Assembly (NCBI GenBank): GCA_963749495.1
Contig: CAVVMW010000004.1
Coordinates: forward strand, 448,001-512,000
Length of the DNA stretch: 64,000 bases
Reading direction: 5' to 3'
DNA from: an uncultured bacterium
GTDB lineage: Bacteria > Verrucomicrobiota > Verrucomicrobiia > Limisphaerales > UBA8199
Positions 1 to 8,770 of the stretch are shown here, piece after piece. The position numbers were made by a program, and so were the translations under genes. Numbering within the stretch: the first letter of the stretch is position 1; every line of letters begins with the position of its first letter. Below the pieces are notes generated by a model. It did not search any database, was not told the origin of the DNA, and was given only the letters and a program-made list of their open reading frames with translations.

Positions 1-20
1 ACATAACCAGTGAGTGCTGA

Positions 21-347
21 ATGAAGAAGAAGCTGATTCCTGACGAGGTGAAGGAGGAGGCGTTGCGCGCCATCGACCGGTTCAACCAGACCACGCTGGC
101 ACGAACAGGGTACGCATTTGTTGCCCGATTCCAGGGAAAATTCCTCTACTTGGACCGCGACGAGTTTGGCCAGGTTCATCCGATTTGCCGATTGCAGTAC
201 CGGGGTGGAATCAGGCGCTGGGATTTCGCCATCTACAAGTACAGCTCAGAGCGGTACAGTCCCGAGGAGATGTGGTTTCCCGGATCCGAGCTGGTCGATG
301 GAACGATAAAGGGTGCGATGAAGGCGGGCATGCGGGCATACGCGTGA
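21..347 (+). CDS. hypothetical protein (108 aa)
   Basis: Clean ATG-TGA ORF with protein-like composition (LYLDRDEFG...ICRLQYRG...WDFAIYKYSSERY); family not recognised. Confidence 0.75.
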   Translation: MKKKLIPDEVKEEALRAIDRFNQTTLARTGYAFVARFQGKFLYLDRDEFGQVHPICRLQYRGGIRRWDFAIYKYSSERYSPEEMWFPGSELVDGTIKGAMKAGMRAYA

Positions 348-496
348 AGCGGCTGTGTCAAGGCCCGTGGTCCGACACCCCTCCTGCCTCGATTCGGAAG
401 TCTTCCGCCAGAATCGCCCATCGCTCATGATCCCTCCAGCGACCGCAGATCCTCAAGTAGCGGCGTGAAAAACCCTCCCGAACAAAACCACAAGTT

Positions 497-634
497 CAGA
501 TATGTGTCAAAGCCTTTTGAGGTGCTCGGTGGTGAGACCCAGGGGTGATGCAGGGAACAACTGCGGCGGACGGCGGAGAGGAATGCAGAACGGTCATCCT
601 GAACCGGAGGTCTGATGACGACACGTGCCTTCAT
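497..634 (-). pseudogene. N-terminal fragment of RimJ/RimL-like GNAT acetyltransferase
   Basis: MKARVVIRPPVQDDRSAFLSAVRRSCSLHHPWVSPP resembles the start of RimJ-like acetyltransferases; resemblance ends after ~45 aa. Confidence 0.5.
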
Positions 635-663
635 AGTCCGGCCGAACCAAATCGCCCCCAGTG

Positions 664-1575
664 CTACCACCATGATTTTGTGCCGTCTTTTCGGCTGGAC
701 ACGCGGGCCGCCAGCCAATCGGAGTCCGAATTGTAAGGCGTGGGGACGTTCGAGACGTTGTTGGTGTAATGGATCGGCGGTTTGGTGCGCGGATCAAGCC
801 ACCTGTGAATCTCCGAATGGCCATCCGCAAAGGATAAGCTGCCACTTCCGTTGTGGTAGCTGGCCGGAATGTCAATGAGTCTGGCCTGAGCCCGCTGATC
901 GGGGTCGTGCATTTGAAACGCCCACCCCGCATCGTTGATGCTGTCGGGATGCTCATCCAACAGCGCCAAGAGGTTCGCCGGCGCCGGCCTGACGATGTTG
1001 CTTTCCTTCTGGAAAACAATATACGTCGAAGGCGGCAGCCAATTGGCGGTCGATCCGGAGCCAATCGCTTGGTTCATGGAGAGGCTGCGCACCCTCGGAT
1101 AGACGCGTCCGCCCATTGTGACGCTGCTTCGGTCTGCTGGGCACTTATAGACCAGGGGCGAGGTGATGTACCTGCCAAACAAGGCCGTTTCGCCATCGAA
1201 CGTGCCGATCAACGCCAAGATATTTGTGTTGTCGGTGTTCGCGCCATTAAAGTCCAGCCAGCCGTGAATCCAGCCGCCCGTGTCCGCACGGTAGCGCGCC
1301 AGCCCATTGAACGCCGCGTTGCGCACCAGCTTGCCAGCGTTGTCGTCAGGGTACATTCTCCAGGCAAACATCACCTGCCGGATGTTGTTCAGGCAGGCGG
1401 TCCCTTGCCCCTTAGCCTTGGCCGTGTTAAGGGCCGGCAAGACCAGGCTTGCCAGGATGGCGATGATGGCGATGACGACCAGAAGTTCGATGAGGGTGAA
1501 TGCTGGACTGCCGCTGGACATGCCGGCAGGTCCAAGACCCTGAGCCAACTTCATCTTGCGTGCAGGCCCTCTCAT
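664..1575 (-). CDS. prepilin-type N-terminal cleavage/methylation domain protein (DUF1559 / H-X9-DG type)
   Basis: AFTLIELLVVIAIIAILASLVLPAL N-methylation motif; C-terminal HNGSGSLSFADGH. Confidence 0.92.
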   Translation of the reverse strand: MRGPARKMKLAQGLGPAGMSSGSPAFTLIELLVVIAIIAILASLVLPALNTAKAKGQGTACLNNIRQVMFAWRMYPDDNAGKLVRNAAFNGLARYRADTGGWIHGWLDFNGANTDNTNILALIGTFDGETALFGRYITSPLVYKCPADRSSVTMGGRVYPRVRSLSMNQAIGSGSTANWLPPSTYIVFQKESNIVRPAPANLLALLDEHPDSINDAGWAFQMHDPDQRAQARLIDIPASYHNGSGSLSFADGHSEIHRWLDPRTKPPIHYTNNVSNVPTPYNSDSDWLAARVSSRKDGTKSWW

Positions 1576-1648
1576 AATCCGTGCTTGGATAGAATGAACG
1601 CCTTGCCAGGCGCAAGGTCAAGGCGAAACCGATCGCCTGTAAGACACG

Positions 1649-2065
1649 TCATCGCAAGGAGTCCTCCGCGCCAAGAGTCCAGGCTGAGGGATGCGCCTTG
1701 AAGCCAATGCGCGGGTAATACTCAACGGCCTTGGGGGCAGCCAGCAGGATGATCGTCGCCTGACCTCCGGCTCGCTGGGTGCGCCGGATGAGTTCGCCTC
1801 CGAGACCCCGTCGCTGGTGCGAGAGGCGCACCGCGAGGTCGGAAAGATACGTGCAATAAGCGAAATCGCTCAAGCTGCGCGCGATGCCAACCAAAAGCCC
1901 GCCTTCCCAGGCAGAAATCACCAGGTTGGCATGGCGCAACATCTCACGCATGCGCTCCCTGTCGTCCACGGGCCGTCGTTCGCCCAGAGTTGAGGCCCGA
2001 TAGAGTTCCACCACCGCGTCAAGGTCCAGGTCGTTGCCGATACGATAACTAATCCTCCGCGTCAT
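1649..2065 (-). CDS. GNAT family N-acetyltransferase (~138 aa)
   Basis: LVGIARSLSDFAYCTYLSDLAVRLSHQRRGLG motif A; start placed at MTRRISY because the upstream ORF extension runs through a repeat element. Confidence 0.88.
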   Translation of the reverse strand: MTRRISYRIGNDLDLDAVVELYRASTLGERRPVDDRERMREMLRHANLVISAWEGGLLVGIARSLSDFAYCTYLSDLAVRLSHQRRGLGGELIRRTQRAGGQATIILLAAPKAVEYYPRIGFKAHPSAWTLGAEDSLR

Positions 2066-2142
2066 AGTTGGGAGAGCCTGCCTGAACGGTGGGCGGCCGT
2101 CACGCCGGAAATGGGCTGGACCTTTGGACGTTTGGACGCCAA

Positions 2143-2346
2143 AGGGCCATTGACAAAGTTGTAGCGCAGGTTTCCAAACCTGCTGTATCGCCGATTTCCA
2201 AATCGGCAGGGCGTTAACATATCGAGCGCGCCCGGTTTGCGGACGGCCTGCGGGTTTGGAAACCCGCGACACAGCAGACTTGGAAGTCTGCGCTACGCTG
2301 GCGCCCACGACGCACAGGCGCACCGAGCGACTTTGTCAATAGCCCT
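2143..2346. mobile_element. MITE-like element with 17-bp terminal inverted repeats enclosing a REP-like palindromic doublet
   Basis: agggccattgacaaagt (2143-2159) vs actttgtcaatagccct (2330-2346), 16/17 complementary; ttggacgccaa duplicated at 2132-2142 and 2348-2358; internal gtagcgcag...ctgcgctac. Confidence 0.6.
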
Positions 2347-2349
2347 CTT

Positions 2350-2471
2350 GGACGCCAAAGGCGTCGTTCATACCAGCCCAGGGCAACGCCCTGGGAACAG
2401 CCGCCAATAATCATCTGGAGCGCTGAAAGCGCGATTCATCCTTGCTGGTATGAGTCAGGCCGTTGGCCTGA
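2350..2471. repeat. REP-like palindromic repeat, family A (gacgccaaaggcgtc...cagcccagggcaacgccctggg)
   Basis: ~90 bp nearly identical to 39401-39493; partial copy at 50456-50490. Confidence 0.8.
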
Positions 2472-2519
2472 ATCAATTGGCAATGGTGAATAGCCCGCCG
2501 GGGAATTCGTCCACTGGAT

Positions 2520-5465
2520 GTGACCAAACTCGCAATGCTTCACTCGCGCCGGGATTTTGTTCGCCGCCTGGCGGGCCTCGGCGTCACCTGTTGCGTCCTG
2601 CCGCCGGGCCGAGGCATCTTCGGGGCCGAGACGCGCCAACTCCCGGAGGCGGCGTTGACGTTTCCCGGTCCCTGGCGGTTCATGGTTCCCAAGTCCGCGA
2701 TCATCCTGGTCAGCGACCAGCAACTGGAAGATTTGCAAGACCCGGACAAGGAGGCCGACTTGAGCGTGAGCAGCGCTCCAAACCTCACTTCCTTGCGCAA
2801 GCTCTGCGAGCAAGCCAAGGCCCAGGGCGCCCGCACCGTCATTCTGGCGTTCGATGAATTCTGGTCGCAATACCGAAAGGGCCAGGGCGGGAAGCCGCGG
2901 CGGTTATTGCCCGATACCGAGGCTTACATCCAGCGCCTCGAGAAGATCAGCCAGACGCTCAAGCAGTACGGTCTGGGGTTGGAACTGAGCTTGTTGAGTC
3001 CTCTCGAGATAGGGCGCGGCTACCGGCAACAGACGGGCGAGACGGGCCGTTGGGTGCAATACCGCGAAGGCTATCGCGACCCGGCAACCGGACGCTTTGT
3101 CGTTTCGCTTTGGGAGCAGCGCCGCTGGACAAACAACAAGGGGACAATCGAGCTGGAGCGGACGGGCGCGCGGGTGTTCGCGTTTCGTGAGCGCCGGCTG
3201 GGCGGATCGGATTTCTACCGGGTGGACCCGGGGGCAATACAGGAATTGAAATCCAGCCCGCAAATCGACCTGGATGAGTCGGCCCAGGCCAGCACGGGCG
3301 CCCGCCGCCTGACGGTGCGCGGCCAGGGAGAAACCTCTGTGGGCGCGCTGGATCGCGTCCTGGTCGTGGTCAGTTACGCAACCCCGGAAATGGACTACTT
3401 CAGCCCTCAGGCGCGGCCGTTCCTCGAGGGCCTGGTGGACCGCTACCACTCCGCCGGCGTCCCGCTCAACGGCCTCTATGCCGACGAAATGCACATCCAG
3501 CAGGATTGGGGATACGGCAGCCACCATGACGAGGGCCAGTTGACCTTCCGCTACCTGACCGCGCACATGGCCGCCAGGTTCGCCGAGCTTTACGGACGAG
3601 AGTTCGAGGATTTCGAGAAGTACCTCGTTTATTTCGCCTACGGGCAGCACGGGTTCTTGCCGACGCTCGAGGCGCGGGTGGCCGCGCAGCACGTCCTGGG
3701 CGAGGGAGTCGAGGGGATTCAGAAAACCTTTCTGCTCCGGCGCCGCTACTTCGAGCTGCTGGATGAGACGGTTGTGGCTCTGTTCGCCGGGGCCAAAGAG
3801 TTCGCCGAGAAAAAGTACGGGCACGAACTGGAGGCGCGCGCTCACGCAACTTGGGCCGAGAGCCCAACCTGCGACTTCTGGCAAAGCCGGGAGTTGCCCG
3901 CAAACCCGCGCAAGTACGAGTACACCCCCGATTTCCTATGGTCCAACACCGTGCACCAGGCCGCGTCCGCCTGCGATGATTACTTCGCCTGGAATGATTT
4001 CCTCACCGGCGGCGGCAATGACCATGCCGAGGGCGGGTGGTCGGATCGGGATTATTACGGAATCGCCCTCGCTTGTTCCACCGGCATCCTCAACCGCACC
4101 CCTTATGCCTACGCGGCGGCCTGGGGAATGCCGGACGAGGTATTGCGCCGCCACCAGGCCGTCTGCGACGCGTTTGGGGCTTCGGCCAATCCCTGGTTCC
4201 AGGCGGTGCAGGATTCCCAGCACCGCGACACGGACGTGCTCATGCTGTATCCGCTCTCACTGGTTGCCTGTGAGGAGCGATTCGGCTCCTGGATGGTTCA
4301 GTACGGATACGCCAATTACGTCACCCCGCGAAAGTTGCTCGAGCGGGGCCGAGTGACATCCGATGGCCGGATCGAGATGGCCGGACGCAAGTTCGGCGCG
4401 CTGGCTGTCCTTTTCGAGCCGTTGCCGCCACCGGGCTTGTTGGGCTTTCTCGAGGAGTTTGCCGGCAAAGGCGGCAAGGTCATTTGGTCCGGTCCCCCTC
4501 CGCGATTGGACCTTTCCGGCCAGCCGGCACTGGGCAGGTGGCAGCGGCTTTTCGCCGTGAAGGCGCTGCGGTTCGGCCTCGAGGGTCAGATCGCCGACGG
4601 TTGGAACGTCCAGTTTTCGGGCAGGCTCGCCGAGGTGCCTCCGCAAACGATTCTCACAGACTTCCTGGTGGACCTCATCTACCCGGTAGAGCCGGACGCC
4701 GAGGCCGAGACCGTCGCCCGCGTGGGGACGCATATCGTGGGCATTCATCGGCCCCTGGGCGGGAACGGGAGCGCGACCTTTCTTGGGTTCCGCCCGCGCG
4801 ATGACCAATCCGCCTCCCTGGGCGCGGAGGTCCGGACCTGGTTCGAGATTCTGCGCGCGCTAGGCGCCTACCCCGGCAGTGGCCCCGGCATCGCCGGCAA
4901 CGATAACCCAAGCGTCGTTTCTCGCACGACCCCCTGCGTGGCCTGCCGATTTCCCAACGGCGCCACCGCCCTCGCGGCGCACTATCGCTCCCACCAGGAG
5001 AGCTGGCCGGGCGGATTCCATCGCGACCCGAAGCAGGACCGGGAACTCCTGGCCAGGAACCCCTTGCCGCCGGCCACGCTGGCCCTTCGCGATTTTCGGG
5101 TCAATGGACATCGCATCACTTTTGATGGCGAGTTGGCGATGGCATTTCGCACCGATGACTCGGGCTCGCTGGTTGCCTTTGCCGGACACGGTTGCCGGAA
5201 TATCATTGTCGATGGGCGCGAGCTAGTGTTCGCCAGCAGGCCCGTTTCCCTCGTCGCGTGGGCGCCCGTGCTGCCCCAACGACGAGTCCCCGGCGGGGCC
5301 ATCCTCGAAATTTGGAGCCAGGGCGAGGCGGACATCAGCCTGCCGCTGCCCAGCGGGACGGAGCGCGGCCATCTCTACTTCCAGGGAGCGAGGCTCGACG
5401 CCTTCGGGGAGAAGCTCGACGTGCGATTGCTCCGGCGGCCTTCTGCGGTTCAAGTCCCGGAATGA
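2520..5465 (+). CDS. Tat-exported large hypothetical protein, possibly glycoside hydrolase-like (981 aa); true C-terminus probably ends at TAG ~5501
   Basis: SRRDFVRRLAGLG twin-arginine signal. An extra C at ~5420 relative to the repeat copy shifts the frame; the copy reads ...EKLECDCSGGLLRFKSRNDWPRNHLFFVGG*. Confidence 0.8.
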   Translation: MTKLAMLHSRRDFVRRLAGLGVTCCVLPPGRGIFGAETRQLPEAALTFPGPWRFMVPKSAIILVSDQQLEDLQDPDKEADLSVSSAPNLTSLRKLCEQAKAQGARTVILAFDEFWSQYRKGQGGKPRRLLPDTEAYIQRLEKISQTLKQYGLGLELSLLSPLEIGRGYRQQTGETGRWVQYREGYRDPATGRFVVSLWEQRRWTNNKGTIELERTGARVFAFRERRLGGSDFYRVDPGAIQELKSSPQIDLDESAQASTGARRLTVRGQGETSVGALDRVLVVVSYATPEMDYFSPQARPFLEGLVDRYHSAGVPLNGLYADEMHIQQDWGYGSHHDEGQLTFRYLTAHMAARFAELYGREFEDFEKYLVYFAYGQHGFLPTLEARVAAQHVLGEGVEGIQKTFLLRRRYFELLDETVVALFAGAKEFAEKKYGHELEARAHATWAESPTCDFWQSRELPANPRKYEYTPDFLWSNTVHQAASACDDYFAWNDFLTGGGNDHAEGGWSDRDYYGIALACSTGILNRTPYAYAAAWGMPDEVLRRHQAVCDAFGASANPWFQAVQDSQHRDTDVLMLYPLSLVACEERFGSWMVQYGYANYVTPRKLLERGRVTSDGRIEMAGRKFGALAVLFEPLPPPGLLGFLEEFAGKGGKVIWSGPPPRLDLSGQPALGRWQRLFAVKALRFGLEGQIADGWNVQFSGRLAEVPPQTILTDFLVDLIYPVEPDAEAETVARVGTHIVGIHRPLGGNGSATFLGFRPRDDQSASLGAEVRTWFEILRALGAYPGSGPGIAGNDNPSVVSRTTPCVACRFPNGATALAAHYRSHQESWPGGFHRDPKQDRELLARNPLPPATLALRDFRVNGHRITFDGELAMAFRTDDSGSLVAFAGHGCRNIIVDGRELVFASRPVSLVAWAPVLPQRRVPGGAILEIWSQGEADISLPLPSGTERGHLYFQGARLDAFGEKLDVRLLRRPSAVQVPE

Positions 5466-5554
5466 TTGGCCGCGGAACCATCTGTTTTTTGTCGGCAGGT
5501 AGGACCAAGCCGCGCGTTGCCCGGCGGAAAGGTTCAGGTCCGTCCTCATCTCCT
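5163..5554 (+). repeat. direct repeat copy 1 (3' end of the 981-aa gene plus ~50 bp downstream); left boundary of island
   Basis: Aligns with 17434-17824, about a dozen substitutions and one indel by eye. Confidence 0.95.
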
Positions 5555-5731
5555 GGGTGATCGGGGCAGAGGCCCGCGAGGCGCTGTTGGTCAACTTCAA
5601 CAACCTGTTGTTTTTCGCGGAGAAAGAATTGAGCAGCCTGGAGAAGCATTTCAAGGATCTGCTCCAGGATTCCCTTGATCGCCGCGGCAGCCAGAGCTGA
5701 AAAGGCCGATCAGCCTCCTCCGTCAATCGGC

Positions 5732-6547
5732 TCAATTTGGCAGGTCCCACAGCAGCCAATCGTCATCGCGAAGGAAGCGTTTGGAGCGATCATCCCACTT
5801 ACGTGGAATCTGTCTGGAAAGCCGTTCCAGGAATGGAAGGAGCGGGTTCTCTAACTTCCTGGATGCCTCCAAGGAATCCAGAGGGCTCTGTCTCCAACCA
5901 AAGCGCTCTTGGTAATATCGAAACCCAAAGCCGTCAAAGAAGTGCTCCCCGCCGATCAGGGGCAAATACCAGAGGCTGGGGACGCCCTTGGGATTGGGTT
6001 TGATGGGGACTTCGGCCGCCAATTGGTCCAGCAATTTCGTTCCGACTGGATCGTCCCGCAGGTGATCCCGAAGCTCGGCCAGCGCCGGAAATGTCACAGG
6101 CGGGCTCACAAAGAGAACGGGCTTGTGCTGCAGCCGGCAAAGGATAATTTCGTGGGGGGTGCCGACGCTATAGATATTGGTGGGACAATAGGCGATCACG
6201 AAATCGGACGTATCCACCATTCGCAGGTCGATATGCAAAGTCTCCCAAAACTTGCCGCAACAGCGGGCCCGGGCCGCGGCGCCCTTGGCGCCGCGCCGGA
6301 AAGTCCACTTCTCACGGATATTCTGGGTTTCGATGCCCTCCCGGCCATATTCGTGAAGTCCCCTAACCTGGGGTTTTGACCAGGGGTCAAAAACAATCAC
6401 CCCGTAAGCGGCCAAGAACTCGCCGGCGCGATTTCGCCACCCGTTCTTCAGTTCGTCGGCCCTCGACGCGACGAAGTCCATCGGGCCCGAGAGATAAACG
6501 CGCGTACCGTGCAGGTGATTCCGATTCATTTGAGATTGCTTGCGCAT
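5732..6547 (-). CDS. nucleoside 2-deoxyribosyltransferase (NDT)-like N-glycohydrolase
   Basis: RVYLSGPM, FDPW, DLRMVDTSDFVIAY and SVGTPHEI (catalytic Glu position) match the NDT pattern; start uncertain (6589, 6547 or 6529). Confidence 0.75.
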   Translation of the reverse strand: MRKQSQMNRNHLHGTRVYLSGPMDFVASRADELKNGWRNRAGEFLAAYGVIVFDPWSKPQVRGLHEYGREGIETQNIREKWTFRRGAKGAAARARCCGKFWETLHIDLRMVDTSDFVIAYCPTNIYSVGTPHEIILCRLQHKPVLFVSPPVTFPALAELRDHLRDDPVGTKLLDQLAAEVPIKPNPKGVPSLWYLPLIGGEHFFDGFGFRYYQERFGWRQSPLDSLEASRKLENPLLPFLERLSRQIPRKWDDRSKRFLRDDDWLLWDLPN

Positions 6548-6898
6548 CCCTGGAAACTGCCAAAAGCCCGGCTCGAAATCGAGCTGCAAACCCCCTCAGG
6601 CAGCAAGCGGATCGCAGTAAATGTGCGAGACCAGGGCCAAATCCGTTTTGACTTTTGTTTGGCGAATATGAGAAGCTCCCGTCATGTGAGCACCCAATGA
6701 CGATTGCTCATGCAAGACCACGGGACCTCGACTCCCCGCCGGCACTCCGGCAGGACCGGTCCTCAACAATAGTAATTATGCTGAGTGGATCCGCTGTCCA
6801 AAGCCAATTCGGTGTCGTTTTGACGGACCCGATCGGCTGGGAGGCCGTGCCCGCACTGGCTTAGCAATCATGAAACAGGGCCGAGAGGCAATGGTCCC

Positions 6899-8770
6899 AT
6901 GAACAGCAAGGCGCAATCCACGGTCAGAGCAATTAAAACGGAGTTGGAACGGCTCAAGCGGAAACGAAACCCGTCCGCCACCGACCATCGTGCGCGATTC
7001 GCGCTCTACCGCGAACTGATCCACCTTTTCGAGGACGCTGTCGCCGCCGCGAACTTCCAACGCGAGAGTCTCGGCTCCGGCCTCCGTCCCTGGGAGGCGC
7101 CGATCAGGGAGGCGCTGGCCGCACTTGGCGGGAGTGCGGAGCCTGGCGCCACGTCGCTCCGCGAGTACGACAGCGAGATCCACGGCCCTTATCTTGGTGT
7201 GAGCGATGAGGGCAAGGCCGCACGCCAGTTTCGAGAAGCCATTTTGGCTTCGCCGAAAGCCCAGGTGCTTGGCCCACAGGCACCGCTGGTTCTGGGTGCC
7301 GCGCTTGATGCCGAACGCCTGGCGGCAGTAGGCGAGGTCGCGGTCGGCCCTGATGAATATCGCGACATCTGGCTGGCCTGCCAAGGCAGTGTGCTCATGA
7401 CGACGAATGTGGGCACGCGGCTCAATTTGCGTTTTTACGCCATTCGTCCGGTCCTCGAAATCCAGCGGGGTAGCGTCACGTTCATGATGGAAACCGCCGC
7501 CCAGCGGCTGCCGCAATTGTTCGCACCATTTTGGCGGACGCTGGACGGCCAGCCACGGCCGGTGACGGTGTTCGCAACCTTCGACGGCGGCGTTTCTTAC
7601 GACAACCGCTTCCGTTTGCTTCGCGACCTCAATCGGCGCGTGCTCTCGGGTGACTTCTGTGAGCCCAAGCTCCACAAGCTTGGTCTGCTCGTAACCGTTG
7701 GCCCAGGCTCACCAGGAGTTCGCGCTGCCTGCCGGCACATGGGTATGGCCCATGCAGCCGGCTTGGACGAGGTCGCCGTGCGCGGCCACGTCGGATTCGA
7801 CTCGGATGACCACGTTTCGATGCCCGGATTGTTGAACTATTTCAGCGCATCGGCAGTGCGCACGTTGATCTGCACTGCCCGGAAAAAGGGCATAATTCTC
7901 ACCCCGAAAAACATTGTCGACCCGCATACCGTTGCGCGACACGTGTGGCCCGCATTGCAGATTGCTCGTAATCTTGGGTTGGCCCTCGGCAAGTACGGCC
8001 TCTTTCCTTTGACCTTGGAGGAAGCCGACATCGTTATGGGGCTGGTGCAATCGTGGTTTGGTGATTGGTCGGCAGCGCCGGTGTATTACGTGGATCTTCC
8101 GCTCGTCACGCGAGACCAGGTTTATGGGGAAGACGAACTCGAAAAGGGGATGAAGCGCTGGTTGGATATCGTCGCAAAGCACCGCATCCCCGTTGTTCTT
8201 TTTGATACCGCAGAGAAGGCGAAGGGCCGCCGTCTCATGAAAAGCACCCCCGGTGATTCTGCAGGAATGCTGCACGGGAATCACATTGAAGAAATCGGTC
8301 GATATGCTGCCCGCCGCGGTATCAAGGCGCTTTGGGCCGGCGGCATTGATCTGCGCCAGACTCTGCTGCTCGGACGCCTTCGCGTCTTCGGGATCTACGT
8401 CACCACCGCCGCGGCGCGTGAGAGGCCAGTCGGTCCCTCGGCCCAGAGTGATCCCTCGTTGGCCACCGCACGGCGGGTCACTTACACGGGTGTTCGGAAC
8501 ACCAAGCTCTTGCTCGAGGCGGGCTTCCTCATCGTTTGTCTCCGTGAGCTCGGGCGGAATGATCTGGCGGCGCCGTTGGAAAGTGCTGCGCTCACGTTTC
8601 TCAACGAAGCCGAGACTCATCCCGAGAAACGCCCTTCAACCTGTGCATTCCGGAATCTACACCGCTTGGAAATGGATGCCTGGCGGGCACACTACGCCGC
8701 GACGTGCCCCATCGTCCGTACCAGTCCACCAGATGACCACAAACCGGTTTGTCCGCGCAAAACCCTATGA
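6899..8770 (+). CDS. hypothetical protein (623 aa) with probable C-terminal TIM barrel (MfnB/TrpF-like phosphate-binding barrel)
   Basis: Long clean ORF; VVLFDTAEK...KALWAGGI...FGIYVTTA resemble barrel strands 6-8; ATGA overlap with next gene. Confidence 0.7.
   Translation: MNSKAQSTVRAIKTELERLKRKRNPSATDHRARFALYRELIHLFEDAVAAANFQRESLGSGLRPWEAPIREALAALGGSAEPGATSLREYDSEIHGPYLGVSDEGKAARQFREAILASPKAQVLGPQAPLVLGAALDAERLAAVGEVAVGPDEYRDIWLACQGSVLMTTNVGTRLNLRFYAIRPVLEIQRGSVTFMMETAAQRLPQLFAPFWRTLDGQPRPVTVFATFDGGVSYDNRFRLLRDLNRRVLSGDFCEPKLHKLGLLVTVGPGSPGVRAACRHMGMAHAAGLDEVAVRGHVGFDSDDHVSMPGLLNYFSASAVRTLICTARKKGIILTPKNIVDPHTVARHVWPALQIARNLGLALGKYGLFPLTLEEADIVMGLVQSWFGDWSAAPVYYVDLPLVTRDQVYGEDELEKGMKRWLDIVAKHRIPVVLFDTAEKAKGRRLMKSTPGDSAGMLHGNHIEEIGRYAARRGIKALWAGGIDLRQTLLLGRLRVFGIYVTTAAARERPVGPSAQSDPSLATARRVTYTGVRNTKLLLEAGFLIVCLRELGRNDLAAPLESAALTFLNEAETHPEKRPSTCAFRNLHRLEMDAWRAHYAATCPIVRTSPPDDHKPVCPRKTL

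Noticed and set aside
2066..2323. N-terminal extension of the GNAT ORF (to 2323)
   Set aside because: It is translation through the MITE/REP element; the protein family begins at MTRRISY.
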